64,000 nt of DNA from Nitrososphaerota archaeon (GTDB lineage: Archaea > Thermoproteota > Nitrososphaeria_A > Caldarchaeales > Calditenuaceae), in NCBI GenBank assembly GCA_041641295.1, contig JBEPYO010000001.1, positions 576,001 to 640,000 on the forward strand. Direction: 5' to 3'. Shown here in pieces: positions 1 through 10,608 of the stretch; position 1 is the stretch's first letter, and every line of letters begins with the position of its first letter. The position numbers were made by a program, and so were the translations under genes. The notes below the pieces were generated by a model that was not told the origin of the DNA, ran no database searches, and saw only the letters and a program-made list of their open reading frames with translations.

Positions 1-140
1 TGAATCTCGCCGGCATAGATTGTGAAGTCTACCCTGTCGTTGGCCACGACTCCGGGAAAGCGCTTCACTATGCCGCGCATCTCGACCTTAGGGGTGAGTG
101 TTGGGGCTGGTCCGGGGCTAGCCAACAAATCCTCAGACAT
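1..140 (-). CDS. Nucleoside/sugar ABC transporter ATP-binding protein, N-terminal part (runs off window)
   Basis: Read manually: MSEDLLASPGPAPTLTPKVEMRGIVKRFPGVVANDRVDFTIYAGEIH, a typical CUT2-type ATPase N-terminus; divergent from the BMP gene. Confidence 0.85.
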   Translation of the reverse strand, partial: MSEDLLASPGPAPTLTPKVEMRGIVKRFPGVVANDRVDFTIYAGEI

Positions 141-293
141 CGGCTCCAAGATAATCTATGCTTGTCCAGCTCATAAATGGAGATTTCCCAGCACCAGTCA
201 AATTTGCATAAACGTGAAAAATTACACATCCATGCACAATTTAGCCAGATTTGAAATGCATCTTTTTAAATGTCGATGACAGGGTGGGCCGCG

Positions 294-1631
294 ATGAGCT
301 CGGAAAGGGTTTCTAGGAGAAAGTTCCTATCCGGGGCTTCTAGAGCTGTGGTGGTTGGCGGAGCAGCAGCGGGCCTAGTGGTAGGCGGTGTCGCAGGGTA
401 TTTTGCCGGACAATCCACCGCCCCGGTACTGACTAGGACCCAGACCATGGCCATAACCCAGACCAAGACGGTTACTGCGGAGAGGAAGGGAGTCAAGGCC
501 GGCTACTTCTATCCAGGCCCCGCAAAGGACTATGGCTGGTCCTACGCCCACGACTTGGGGAGAAAGTTCGCCGACGCATCAGTCCCGGGGAGCAGCAGCA
601 CCTACATAGAGCTGGTTCCAGACCCTGAGGCCTCGTCAGCCATCAAGACACTCCTGGACCAAGGGGTTGACATAGTATTTGCATGCAGCTTCGGGTTCAT
701 GGAGGCGATGGTGGAGGCCGCGCGCAACAACCCTGACAAATACTTCGTCCACATCTCGGGATACAAGAGCGGAGCAGCACCGCCACCCAACACTACAACG
801 CCAAACATGAGCACAGCTTTCGCCGAGTTCTACCAGCTATACTACCTCAACGGCCTCGCAGCAGGCGCGGTCACCCAGACAGGCGTCGTCGGATACGTAG
901 GGGCATTCCCAATACCCGAGGTTGTTAGGCACATAAACGCCTTCGTCCTCGGCGCCAACGCAACCTACAAGAGGAGGACCGGGAAGAACATCAAAGCCTA
1001 TGTTGTCTGGATAAACTCTTGGGTCGACCCGCCAAAGGCGAGGGAGGCCGCAATAGCGCTTATCGAGGACCAGAACGCCGACGTTATAGCCTACACCGAG
1101 GACACGCCAACAGTCCTCCAAGTAGCTGAGGAATACACGACACAGAAGGGAAAGCGCGTGTGGAGCTTCAGCCACTACAGCGACATGACAAAGTTCGGGC
1201 CCAACGCACACTTAACAGGACAGATCGTGAACTGGGGGCCCATATACGCCTACTTCTACAGAATGGTTGCGACCAATAGCTGGGAGCCAGTAGACATCTG
1301 GACGAGGCTGGGTGACATGACTCCGTGGAGGTGGAGGAGGCCGATTGAGCAGAGCCTCGCAGGAAAGCCAGAAGGCACGGTCTACCTAGCACCACTGAAC
1401 CCGGCAATCCCCGAAGAGGCTGTCCGCGAGATCAAGCAGAGATACGAGGAGATGAAGGAGCTCCTATTTGAGCCCTTCTCACCAGAGGGCAACCTCGGAG
1501 AGCCGATAAGAGACCAGGACGGGAACATAAGGATTGGCAAGGGAGAAAGGGCTGACAGAGAGTTCCTCTGGAGCGACAAGACCATGAACTTCTTCGTCGA
1601 ATACATCGAGTCACCATTCCCACGCGGCTAA
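294..1631 (+). CDS. BMP/PnrA-family ABC transporter substrate-binding protein with Tat signal
   Basis: SRRKFL Tat motif, TM helix, Thr linker, DYGWSYAHDLG and GYVGAFPIPEVVRHINAF motifs; start placed at ATG 294. Confidence 0.85.
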   Translation: MSSERVSRRKFLSGASRAVVVGGAAAGLVVGGVAGYFAGQSTAPVLTRTQTMAITQTKTVTAERKGVKAGYFYPGPAKDYGWSYAHDLGRKFADASVPGSSSTYIELVPDPEASSAIKTLLDQGVDIVFACSFGFMEAMVEAARNNPDKYFVHISGYKSGAAPPPNTTTPNMSTAFAEFYQLYYLNGLAAGAVTQTGVVGYVGAFPIPEVVRHINAFVLGANATYKRRTGKNIKAYVVWINSWVDPPKAREAAIALIEDQNADVIAYTEDTPTVLQVAEEYTTQKGKRVWSFSHYSDMTKFGPNAHLTGQIVNWGPIYAYFYRMVATNSWEPVDIWTRLGDMTPWRWRRPIEQSLAGKPEGTVYLAPLNPAIPEEAVREIKQRYEEMKELLFEPFSPEGNLGEPIRDQDGNIRIGKGERADREFLWSDKTMNFFVEYIESPFPRG

Positions 1632-1721
1632 AGCCTCCAACCACCATTATTTTCTTGCCAAGTTTTTCTTACTTTGGGAATTACTGACACTTATATAGAG
1701 GGGGCTAGTTCTTGATGGAGA

Positions 1722-1904
1722 ATGGCGGTTAAAACGGTCGTATTTCCACGCTGCACCAGCTGCAACAGGCCAATAACGCCGGACATGAGGGCGGTCCGTT
1801 TCCCATGCCCCAACTGTGCAAAGGTGACCATCTGGCGCTGCGAGGTCTGCAGGGAGCTGGTTAGGCTCTACACCTGCCCCGCATGCGGTTTCGAGGGACC
1901 CTAA
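1722..1904 (+). CDS. Small Zn-ribbon protein (DUF1610 type)
   Basis: Four CxxC pairs, ends CPACGFEGP; conserved archaeal position upstream of EF-1beta. Confidence 0.85.
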   Translation: MAVKTVVFPRCTSCNRPITPDMRAVRFPCPNCAKVTIWRCEVCRELVRLYTCPACGFEGP

Positions 1905-1905
1905 C

Positions 1906-2178
1906 ATGGCGCGCGTCCTGCTAGCCGTAAGGATCCTAGCACAGGACCCAGACACCGACTTAGATGCCCTGAGCAACGAGCTGAGGGAGAAACTCCCCCA
2001 AGGATTCAAGCTACTCTCGATTAGCAGGGAGGCAGTGGCCTTCGGCCTCGAGAGCCTCGTCGCATGGTTCTCTGTACCTGAGGAAGAGGGTGTCACGGAG
2101 AAGCTAGAGTCCTATCTGACATCCATCAACGGCGTCGGAGAGTTTAACGTCGAGGCCATGTCTAGGACAAGCGAGTAG
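1906..2178 (+). CDS. ef1b: Translation elongation factor 1-beta
   Basis: 90 aa with the EAVAFGLESL motif; synteny with the Zn-ribbon gene. Confidence 0.9.
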   Translation: MARVLLAVRILAQDPDTDLDALSNELREKLPQGFKLLSISREAVAFGLESLVAWFSVPEEEGVTEKLESYLTSINGVGEFNVEAMSRTSE

Positions 2179-2186
2179 AAGGGAAT

Positions 2187-3575
2187 TCACCTTCTTCTCC
2201 GCCTAGCACGCCTCGGCCTACCCAACAATATCACGACGAGGGCCGTCACGAGTACTAGGAAGAAAGCCATCTCGACGGCGATGGGGAAGAGGCTTGATAG
2301 GTCTGTGGGGGTTGTAGCTGTCGGAGTGGTTGTCACAGTCGGTGTGGGCCCTGAGCCAGATATCCTCCCTCCCTCCACCTGGTAGTTGGCTACTTCTAGG
2401 CGAGCCTCATTACCCCCTACATCCAATGCTTGGACATAGACCCTCAAGACTCCATCACCCTCCGGAACCACCAGCTCGGCCGAGTATACGCCGCCACTCA
2501 GGCTCATCTGCTGCGTAGCAACCTCCGACCCAAGCACACCCACCACCCTCGGATAACCCTCAGCCAAATCACCGTCCGGATCCGTAACCCTCGCAACCAC
2601 CTTAACCCGCACGCCGTTCTCAACTGGGGTGGCTGAAGTGTCGGAGATAGCGGGGGGCCTCGAGACCGAGGCAATCACGATCCTCTTCTCCGATGAGTCT
2701 AGCAAGTAGATCAACGTGGGGCCCTTAAGTGCCGCGAGGGTGAAAGAGGCTTGGAGCTGCTCGCTCGAAACTTGGCCACCACTAATATCTCTGATAAATC
2801 CTTCGAGCCTCGAGAGTATTACCAGCCTGTCCCCGGGTAGTGCGAAACCGATATCGCCGACCCGGGCCCTGAACTCTGTATTTAGGCGCAGCTCAACACC
2901 GCGTATCGAGAGGCGAGCAACCCCTCCATCAGAGTCTACAGCCCAGACCTTCCCGTCGCGAGAGGCTAAGACCACGGGCTTCTTATCCAGCTTAAACTCC
3001 CTATAGCCCTCGCGTCCAAGCTCAACCATGAGGAGGTTACCATCCACCGTCTTGAGCCAGACATAGCGGCCTGAGGCGGCTGCCGGCCTGAAACGCTCCA
3101 GCTGCCTATCAGTGATTCTACCCTCCCACAGCACATTACCCTCGGGCGAGAGGTGGGTCAACACGGTCATGGTAGGGAAGTTCTTCACCAGTACGAAGCC
3201 CCCATCCACTGTTACAACAGCGTCTATGAGCCCAGCCTCCACAGACTTCCACAAAACCTTGCCAGTCGAAGAGTCGATAAAAACCAGCTCCGAGGACCCG
3301 GCCTCATAGGCCACAACAACCCCATACCCATACACCAAGTCAGAGACGCTAAACCCAAGCTCAATATTATTCAAGCCGACATCCGGGACATACAAGGCCA
3401 CGGAGCGGCCCAGTGGAAGAGCAAACCAGATACGCCCAGCATCATCCACCACCATATCGCTCGGCGGATAACTCAGCGGAGGATAATCAATAACCCCAGT
3501 ATACCTCACCCCCACAACAGGAATCACAGCCAACAGGCACAAGAGGAACGCGAGCAGAGCCGCATTAACACGCAT
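2187..3575 (-). CDS. Secreted, C-terminally anchored surface protein (probable beta-propeller plus Ig-like domain)
   Basis: Signal peptide, beta-rich repeats, Thr/Pro linker, TM helix and poly-Arg tail; start revised to MRVNAALL. Confidence 0.6.
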   Translation of the reverse strand: MRVNAALLAFLLCLLAVIPVVGVRYTGVIDYPPLSYPPSDMVVDDAGRIWFALPLGRSVALYVPDVGLNNIELGFSVSDLVYGYGVVVAYEAGSSELVFIDSSTGKVLWKSVEAGLIDAVVTVDGGFVLVKNFPTMTVLTHLSPEGNVLWEGRITDRQLERFRPAAASGRYVWLKTVDGNLLMVELGREGYREFKLDKKPVVLASRDGKVWAVDSDGGVARLSIRGVELRLNTEFRARVGDIGFALPGDRLVILSRLEGFIRDISGGQVSSEQLQASFTLAALKGPTLIYLLDSSEKRIVIASVSRPPAISDTSATPVENGVRVKVVARVTDPDGDLAEGYPRVVGVLGSEVATQQMSLSGGVYSAELVVPEGDGVLRVYVQALDVGGNEARLEVANYQVEGGRISGSGPTPTVTTTPTATTPTDLSSLFPIAVEMAFFLVLVTALVVILLGRPRRARRRRR

Positions 3576-3656
3576 ACCAGAAAACACCAACCCCGGCATA
3601 ATAAACATGAACGGAGAGTTGACGCTTAAATCCATCATACCACAAGACAACTATAC

Positions 3657-4676
3657 GTGAAGTCGGTCCTAGTCGGCTCCGAGGGGTTTGAGGTCGTTGA
3701 AATAGAGACCCCTCGGCCTGGGCCGGGAGAGGTCCTAGTCAGGATGCTAGCATGCGGGCTCTGCGGCACCGATGTTGAGAAGCTCGAGGGCAGGTACCGG
3801 GGCTCCAAGCCGGTGATAGGCCATGAGGCGGCCGGCATCGTAGAGGCAGTAGGAGAAGGCGTAGCAGGGCTCGAACAGGGAGAATTGGTCGTGCCACACC
3901 ACCACGTCAACTGCGGCCAATGCTACTACTGCCTCAAAGATAGCCCAACCATGTGCCCATACTATAGGGAGTACAACTTCACGCCCGGCGGCTTCTCAGA
4001 ATACTTCATCGTGCCCCGATGGATAGTAGAGAGGGGAGGAATACACAAGCCGCCACCAGGCATGTCGCCGATACAGGCGTGTCTCACAGAGCCTACCGCC
4101 TGCGTCATAAGGGCTGTCAAGAGAATAACAGCCAAGAACCCCGAATCCTACGCCGTTGTGGGTCTGGGCGCGGTGGGACTCACATTCATCCAAGTGTTAA
4201 AGTGGATGGGGGCGAAGAGCATCATAGGCCTCGACATAAACCCCACTCGCCTAGCAGTAGCTGAGAGATATGGGGCGGAGGCCCTCAACTCAACAGAAGG
4301 CGATGTTGTCGAGGTGGTGAAAGACCTGACCGACGGCAGGGGCGTTGACGTAGCGGTAGTCGCCGCAGGCCCCCCACAAGCCCTCTCAACAGCTATTAAA
4401 CTCACTAGGAGGGGTGGCCAAGTCCTACTCTTCGCAGTCCCACCCCACGGCTCAACCCTCCCACACGACATAAGCGACCTACTAGTGAGAGAAGTCTCAA
4501 TCATATCCAGCAACGCCGCAACAGACCAGGAAATGAGAGAGGCACTGGACCTGATCTCGAGAAAAATTGTGGACGCGGAGGGCATGGTAACACATAGATA
4601 TAGGATAGACGAGTTCGGAGAAGCCCTCAAAACATTCAAAAAAGGCGCGGGAATAAAAATAGTGATAACACCATAG
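3657..4676 (+). CDS. Zn-dependent alcohol/polyol dehydrogenase (MDR family)
   Basis: CGTD, GHE, CGQCYYC...C structural Zn site, GLGAVG Rossmann motif. Confidence 0.9.
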   Translation: MKSVLVGSEGFEVVEIETPRPGPGEVLVRMLACGLCGTDVEKLEGRYRGSKPVIGHEAAGIVEAVGEGVAGLEQGELVVPHHHVNCGQCYYCLKDSPTMCPYYREYNFTPGGFSEYFIVPRWIVERGGIHKPPPGMSPIQACLTEPTACVIRAVKRITAKNPESYAVVGLGAVGLTFIQVLKWMGAKSIIGLDINPTRLAVAERYGAEALNSTEGDVVEVVKDLTDGRGVDVAVVAAGPPQALSTAIKLTRRGGQVLLFAVPPHGSTLPHDISDLLVREVSIISSNAATDQEMREALDLISRKIVDAEGMVTHRYRIDEFGEALKTFKKGAGIKIVITP

Positions 4677-4718
4677 CCGGGCAAAGAAGATGGAAAATCT
4701 TGAGGGCGCGGCTTACTG

Positions 4719-4802
4719 CTACCCAGACTTCAAGCAGCTGACGACAACCTTCTCCGGAATAAACTCCTCCTCACTACCATCTCTTTTAACCACCTTGATC
4801 AT
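4719..4802 (-). pseudogene. Truncated ATP-cone domain remnant
   Basis: Read manually: MIKVVKRDGSEEEFIPEKVVVSCLKSG*, an ATP-cone N-terminal signature ending at codon 28. Confidence 0.6.
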
Positions 4803-4836
4803 ACAAGACATATATCAAATGGAGGATAATATCCGT

Positions 4837-5547
4837 TTAGCTGGACCTCCGCCTCAATATATCCAGCATGAGCCTAGCATTATCCAACATCCAGTGATCA
4901 TTATTGAAGAAGACATAGACGGCCCTAGGCCCGAGCGATAGTATCGTATCCGCGAGCTCGGAAAGCTCATCTAACGAGTAGTCATGAGCATACCAGCCGG
5001 ACCTTCCATGCATCCTCAGATATACCACACCCCCACTTGAGTGGATGAAGGTTTTCACCGGCGAGTCGATGGAGACGTAGGTAGCCCCAATACCCGATAT
5101 CTCTTCGGCTAGCTCGCGGCTGAACCAGCTTTCATGCCTAAACTCTATCGCGAACCTCCTACCAAGCCCAGACTCGGTGAAAAACCTTCGAACCCTCGCG
5201 AGATTCGCCTCACTAGCTGAGAAATTAGGAGGCATCTGGAAGAGATAAAAATCCACACGCCCGTCAAGCGGCTGAAAGAGCTTGCGAAACCTCCTCCAAG
5301 TCTCGAGGGCAGGGTCAGAGAGCTTCCTCAAATGAGTTATAGACCTATGGACCTTGACAGCCCACTTAATCGCAGTAGTCTTCCTCGACCAGCCCAATAC
5401 TTGAGAGGGAAACGGGAACCTGTAGAAGGAGGCATTAAGCTCGACTGCGTTAAGCCCAGAGTTTACGAGATACCAGTCCAACGACCCATCAGAATTCCAG
5501 TCATACATCCAGCCCGAGGTCCCCACAAAAACCTCCAACAAATCCAC
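4837..5547 (-). CDS. DUF72 family protein
   Basis: VGTSGW, VELNASFYR, FQMPP, EFRHESW, YLRMHGR and VFFNND motifs. Confidence 0.9.
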   Translation of the reverse strand: MDLLEVFVGTSGWMYDWNSDGSLDWYLVNSGLNAVELNASFYRFPFPSQVLGWSRKTTAIKWAVKVHRSITHLRKLSDPALETWRRFRKLFQPLDGRVDFYLFQMPPNFSASEANLARVRRFFTESGLGRRFAIEFRHESWFSRELAEEISGIGATYVSIDSPVKTFIHSSGGVVYLRMHGRSGWYAHDYSLDELSELADTILSLGPRAVYVFFNNDHWMLDNARLMLDILRRRSS

Positions 5548-5796
5548 CCCCTAAACCTAAATCACACACCGACCCAATTAATCCATTTAAACAAACCGAC
5601 AAGAATGCAGGATAAGATATAGTAGCCAAGACGAAGCCGCCTACAACATTAGTACTAATTTAGGATATTATCTATAGATCCCATGCTACCATTCGGGAGA
5701 TATGACGCGCCGCTAGCATTTAGAAGGGATAATCCTTTGTTAAAGCCACATGTTAGCTGTAACATTTTTTAGATACGCGCTATCCTCAGTTAGGAT

Positions 5797-6837
5797 ATGA
5801 GGGTGCTTGTTACGGGAGGGGCAGGGTTTATCGGTTCACACATAGTAGAACACTATGCGGCTAATGGGTTCGAAGTTGTTGTATTGGATAACTTTGCACG
5901 GAGCAAATTACTTGGGAAGGGTGCAGAGTGGTCGAGGTATAACTGGGATTACCTTAGGTCTAGGTTCCAAAATGTCGAATTGGTGGAAGCTGATATCAGG
6001 GACTATAAACAGGTGGTGGATGCGGCGGCGGGGACAGATCTCATAGTCCATGCAGCTGCGCAGGTTGCAGTTACTACGTCACTAAACGATCCTCTGACAG
6101 ACTTCATGATAAATGCTCAAGGGACAATTAATGTTCTCGAAGCTGCGAGGAGACATGACTCGGCCATAATCTTTCTATCCACTAACAAGGTCTACGGCGA
6201 CAGGGTGAATGAGATCCCACTAAAAGACGAAGGGACAAGATACTGGTATGACCAGCGCGAATATCTCCAAGGAATACCTGAAGACTTTCCCATTGACGGA
6301 AGCACTCATACCCCCTACGGCTGCTCAAAACTTGCAGCCGACATATATGTGCAGGACTATGGCAGGGTATACGGCCTCAAGTCCGCGGTATTTAGGATGA
6401 GCTGTATCTATGGAGAGAGACAGTTCGGGGTTGAAGACCAAGGCTGGCTAGCCCATTTTGCCAGGCTTATAATTTATCGAGAGCCTATAACCATCTACGG
6501 GGACGGTAAACAGGTAAGAGATGTACTCTATGTTGGGGACCTTGTGAGAGCTATTGATAGGGCCTATACGCTCGCGTCCAAGCTCACAGGCGAGGTATTC
6601 AATATTGGCGGCGGCCCGGAAAACTCATTATCACTGCTTGAGGCTATAGACTATATTTCTGGTCTGGAGGGATTCCGACCACAACTCTACTTTAAAGAAT
6701 GGAGGCCTGCCGATCAGAAAGTGTATGTCAGCGATATACGGAAAGCCATGAAGATGCTTGACTGGAGACCGGAGGTTGGATGGAGAGAAGGTATTAAGAG
6801 AATGCATAAATGGATGAGTAACATGATGAGGAGATGA
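5797..6837 (+). CDS. NAD-dependent nucleotide-sugar epimerase (CDP-paratose 2-epimerase-like)
   Basis: TGGAGFIG, STNKVYG, YGCSK, FGVEDQGW motifs. Confidence 0.85.
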   Translation: MRVLVTGGAGFIGSHIVEHYAANGFEVVVLDNFARSKLLGKGAEWSRYNWDYLRSRFQNVELVEADIRDYKQVVDAAAGTDLIVHAAAQVAVTTSLNDPLTDFMINAQGTINVLEAARRHDSAIIFLSTNKVYGDRVNEIPLKDEGTRYWYDQREYLQGIPEDFPIDGSTHTPYGCSKLAADIYVQDYGRVYGLKSAVFRMSCIYGERQFGVEDQGWLAHFARLIIYREPITIYGDGKQVRDVLYVGDLVRAIDRAYTLASKLTGEVFNIGGGPENSLSLLEAIDYISGLEGFRPQLYFKEWRPADQKVYVSDIRKAMKMLDWRPEVGWREGIKRMHKWMSNMMRR

Positions 6838-7895
6838 GCGACAAACACCTGCTTATAGACATCTTCCCATCCCCTCACCCACTATGGAGTACTATTCTAG
6901 AGAAACCGCCCGAGGGAGTTAGATACTTAATCCGTAGAGGCCTGAGTGGGAGAGCCTACCTCGCATTTAGCTCCCTAATCGGAGACCGCAAATTGATACA
7001 CTTCTGTAACGGCATAAAGCTAGCCCCGCGTAGAAGATGGGTGGCAGACATGGAATCCGTCAAGGTCTTGTTCAAGGACTATAGATCTATGTTCAACAAC
7101 GACGCACGGAATGATGCACAGAATAGGATAGAGACGGGCGAGTGCAGATATATCCTCCCACTAACAGAGGCGGCGAAAAAGACCCTCACACGATTCTTAC
7201 GGCTTAAAGGCTTCCAGGTCAGGGTATTGTATCCCACATTCTACACCAATTTGAAGCCAAAGCATGAGGGGCCTCGGGATTTAATCCTATTCATAGGGGG
7301 CTCCTATTTTGATAAGTCATTCGAGGCTAAGGGGGGGAGAGAAGTGTCTATTGCTTGGATGAACATTCATAGAGATTTTAAAAATTACAAGTTTTTCATG
7401 CTCTCCACACCCCCTCCCAGTTTGGCGGAGAAGTTGAGGGGTATGGGTGTTGAGATAGGACCCATGCCACGTGAGAAGCTCCTGACCGAGTTGTATCCAC
7501 GGGCGCGAGTAATATTACTTCCATCCATGATGGATACTGTTGGTTATAGTGTGATAGAGGCAATGAATTTCGGTATCCCTCCTATCGTCAGCGACCATTT
7601 CGCTATGCCGGAACTGGTCGGCGATGCTGGCATCATTCTGCGAACCCCTACAGGCCTCTGGCTAAACGACGGGACCCCAAACATATCTTTTCACCAACAG
7701 CTAGACAACGGTCCATTTAGCGAGCTTTCTGAGCGAATAGCTGACGCTCTACATAGACTACTAAGCGATGATGGTGAGTGGGTAAAGCTTTCAGAAAGAG
7801 CGCTGGCTAGAATGAACAATCCTCCATTCCACATATCCTATAGAAATAAAGTCCTCCACGAAGTATATGAGGATGCTTCGTCAGAGAACGCCTAG
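6834..7895 (+). CDS. Glycosyltransferase, GT4 family
   Basis: C-terminal PSMMDTVGYSVIEAMNFGIP motif. Confidence 0.8.
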   Translation: MSDKHLLIDIFPSPHPLWSTILEKPPEGVRYLIRRGLSGRAYLAFSSLIGDRKLIHFCNGIKLAPRRRWVADMESVKVLFKDYRSMFNNDARNDAQNRIETGECRYILPLTEAAKKTLTRFLRLKGFQVRVLYPTFYTNLKPKHEGPRDLILFIGGSYFDKSFEAKGGREVSIAWMNIHRDFKNYKFFMLSTPPPSLAEKLRGMGVEIGPMPREKLLTELYPRARVILLPSMMDTVGYSVIEAMNFGIPPIVSDHFAMPELVGDAGIILRTPTGLWLNDGTPNISFHQQLDNGPFSELSERIADALHRLLSDDGEWVKLSERALARMNNPPFHISYRNKVLHEVYEDASSENA

Positions 7896-9362
7896 CCTTC
7901 TCATTATACTCTTCGCCATTTCCCGGAATTCCTTGTCGAGACAGTAGAGTGAGACAAAATATATTGTTGCACTCACTCCAACGGGGATAAGTGTCTGGGG
8001 AAGGGCTTGAAGGATCTCAGCTGGGAGATGTGATGGGCGCATAACTAGCAGAGCTAAAGCCATCAAGGATGATGCTATTAAGTATCTTGCGATGGAGTGG
8101 AGTGGTAAGTTGAACTTCAAATTATGTCTAGCTATTCTCAACTTATAGACTGTCAGAGCTACCGTCAAAAAGGCGCTCACGAAGACCCACAGGAATAGAG
8201 TCTCCAGAACAGTGGTAGGAGATGCGATGTAAAGTACTGTGACGAGCACAGTTATATAGAGAGCTGAGTAGAAGTAGTTTATCGTAGGGAGTAGAAAGAG
8301 CCTGCTCTTTATAAGTCTCCTCATAGTGACACCTTCTTCAAAATCTGCTCGCTCCTCTCCAATAATGACGGAATCAAATATATTATTCATGATAAAGAAA
8401 ATGGATTGGACTAGGACTAGCGGCATGATGGCCGCTGCACTAACGTAATCTGGCCTCAAGAGATTTAGGAGGTTCTGAGAGAGTATTAGTGCGCCTATGG
8501 AGGAAGGGATGGCCAACATCAAAACGAGCTTGAGAGATACCTCAACATCCTTCTCTGAAGGAACTTGTAGCATCTTGGGGTAGAGGCCGGAGGCCAAATA
8601 GCCAGATGCTGTTACCATGCTTGCGATTAGATAGACGGCTGAAAAGTATCCAAGAGGTTCTGCTGACCCGTAGAGAAGTACTATGATGATGGTGTCTAAA
8701 GCTAAGATGTTTGGAGGGATGGATGAGTAGAGTGGGAGCCATGCTCTGGAGAAGATTTTTATAGCATAGGATTTATCCGGTGACCCCCATTTTATGTCTC
8801 TTAGGAATAATGCCATCGCCGCGCATCGGCTGGTGAATCCCATCACTGCCGCAAGTATTGCGCCCGTGAGCCCGAGCCTTAGAACTATGACTAACATGAC
8901 TCCTATAGGTAATTTTACGACCTCTTGTATTATGCTTGCATAGTAGTTCATGTGTGGTCTTATTGCCGTTCCTGCTGATTCTAAGACTGTGTAGAGGTAG
9001 ATTGTGGGTATCTCGAGGGCTGCTATTATGAAGACTGTTGTGGGGAAATCTACAGAGCTTGCAAATGTGTTTGAGAATGTGATGAAGAGTAGTGTGGCAA
9101 GGATGGAGAGGAGGGCAGCCATTGCTGTTGTTGTTCCGAGGATGGTTTTTCCTTGGGCAATCATTCTCGTTGTCCAGAACCCTATGAAGGCTGAGGGTGT
9201 TACGAAATAGTTTATTAGGGTACCGATGTATCGCCAAACTCCCAGCTCTTCCGGAGTTAGGCGGCGGGTTATAACTAGTGTGAAGGCGAGGCCAGTGAGC
9301 ATTGTGACTAGATATGCCGTATATGCTGTTAGGCCTGTGTATCTGAGTCTGATGCTGGCCAC
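7881..9362 (-). CDS. Polysaccharide flippase (Wzx/MOP family)
   Basis: About 14 hydrophobic segments, TRRLTPEELGVW motif, glycosylation-cluster context. Confidence 0.75.
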   Translation of the reverse strand: MASIRLRYTGLTAYTAYLVTMLTGLAFTLVITRRLTPEELGVWRYIGTLINYFVTPSAFIGFWTTRMIAQGKTILGTTTAMAALLSILATLLFITFSNTFASSVDFPTTVFIIAALEIPTIYLYTVLESAGTAIRPHMNYYASIIQEVVKLPIGVMLVIVLRLGLTGAILAAVMGFTSRCAAMALFLRDIKWGSPDKSYAIKIFSRAWLPLYSSIPPNILALDTIIIVLLYGSAEPLGYFSAVYLIASMVTASGYLASGLYPKMLQVPSEKDVEVSLKLVLMLAIPSSIGALILSQNLLNLLRPDYVSAAAIMPLVLVQSIFFIMNNIFDSVIIGEERADFEEGVTMRRLIKSRLFLLPTINYFYSALYITVLVTVLYIASPTTVLETLFLWVFVSAFLTVALTVYKLRIARHNLKFNLPLHSIARYLIASSLMALALLVMRPSHLPAEILQALPQTLIPVGVSATIYFVSLYCLDKEFREMAKSIMRRLGVL

Positions 9363-9441
9363 CTCTCACTCCCCGTTAATTTTCATGTAACAATCAAGTT
9401 GATGAGGGTCCTAATTAACCAGAGAGACGGATGATATATCC

Positions 9442-10608
9442 CTATTGATCTATTAGGGGGGCTACTGCTTTGGCGTATTTGGGTATTAGCTTCTGCCAAT
9501 CATAGTATTGTTCGACAATGCGTCTTGCTCTTTGGGCCTTGGTCTCAGCGTCTTCTTTTTCATTTAAGGCTCTGAGTATTTCTAGTGCGAACTCTTCAGG
9601 ATCACGGCGCCTTGCGATAAATGCAGAGTCTGGGTCGAGAACATTAAGCCTTGCAGGTGTGGCAACCATGACTATGGGGCGTTGGGCCGCCATGTATTCA
9701 AACAACTTTTGCTGTTCAGCATAGTACGTGCCGAGGATATCACCAATTGGCAGGACTAGGGCATTACTCGCCTTGAAAAGGCTCATCCTTACAGGCTCAT
9801 AGGGGGCCATGGGCGGGAGAAGAATGGTGTGATTTTCTAATCCGCGTTTTCTCACTTGTACTTCCACCCATTTCCACATTGGTGTGCTTGGCGCGGCCGC
9901 CCCTTGAATTATTAGTTTAAAGCTACTGGTGCTTTTTGCCAATGCCTGTACAGAATCTAGTAACAGTTCAAGACCCTGGCCCTCCCGCCGACCCCATAAA
10001 TACGCTGCGCCACTGTATGTTATTATTCTATTCTCCTTAAGTCCGTATAGTGACCTGAAAAGCTGAGGGTCGGCCCCCATATAGTGCTTGTCGAATTGTT
10101 GCAGTTCTATGCCGAATGGTACGTAGGTTGCTCTTTTTAATAGTTTGGGGTGGTTTTTCTCGGCTAGTGTTTTTATGGCTCTGCTTGCGAATATGACGAG
10201 ATCTGCGAGTTCTATCATTCTTTGATCATAGAATGGGATTGAGCCGTCGTCTTGAATGGTGACGTCTTGACAGTCTATAATTAGTGGGACCTTCTCGCGG
10301 AATAGGGCTTTGAGGGCGAGGACTCCTATGGTATTCATGTTGATGCAGAGGGCAGCGTGGTTTTTTGGTAATGTAGTGTATATGGCGGCGTCGTATACGG
10401 TGTCTTTGCACAACCAGTTTATTGGTGGTGGCAGTAGGTTTGATAGGGATGTGGCGGCTTTCAGAGTCTTATATTTGTTGACTAGATCCCAGCCCAGGTA
10501 TATTTTTGTTTTGACCCCTAGGAGTTTTAGGGCTTGGGAGGCGAGGAGCGGTCTTCTGTATCTGAGTGGTGGGAAGGATGTTAGGTATATTGCGTGTTTA
10601 TCACTCAT
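9442..10608 (-). CDS. Glycosyltransferase, GT4 family
   Basis: KLFEYMAAQRPIV and YDW motifs; start revised to the ATG overlapping the upstream epimerase stop. Confidence 0.8.
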   Translation of the reverse strand: MSDKHAIYLTSFPPLRYRRPLLASQALKLLGVKTKIYLGWDLVNKYKTLKAATSLSNLLPPPINWLCKDTVYDAAIYTTLPKNHAALCINMNTIGVLALKALFREKVPLIIDCQDVTIQDDGSIPFYDQRMIELADLVIFASRAIKTLAEKNHPKLLKRATYVPFGIELQQFDKHYMGADPQLFRSLYGLKENRIITYSGAAYLWGRREGQGLELLLDSVQALAKSTSSFKLIIQGAAAPSTPMWKWVEVQVRKRGLENHTILLPPMAPYEPVRMSLFKASNALVLPIGDILGTYYAEQQKLFEYMAAQRPIVMVATPARLNVLDPDSAFIARRRDPEEFALEILRALNEKEDAETKAQRARRIVEQYYDWQKLIPKYAKAVAPLIDQ

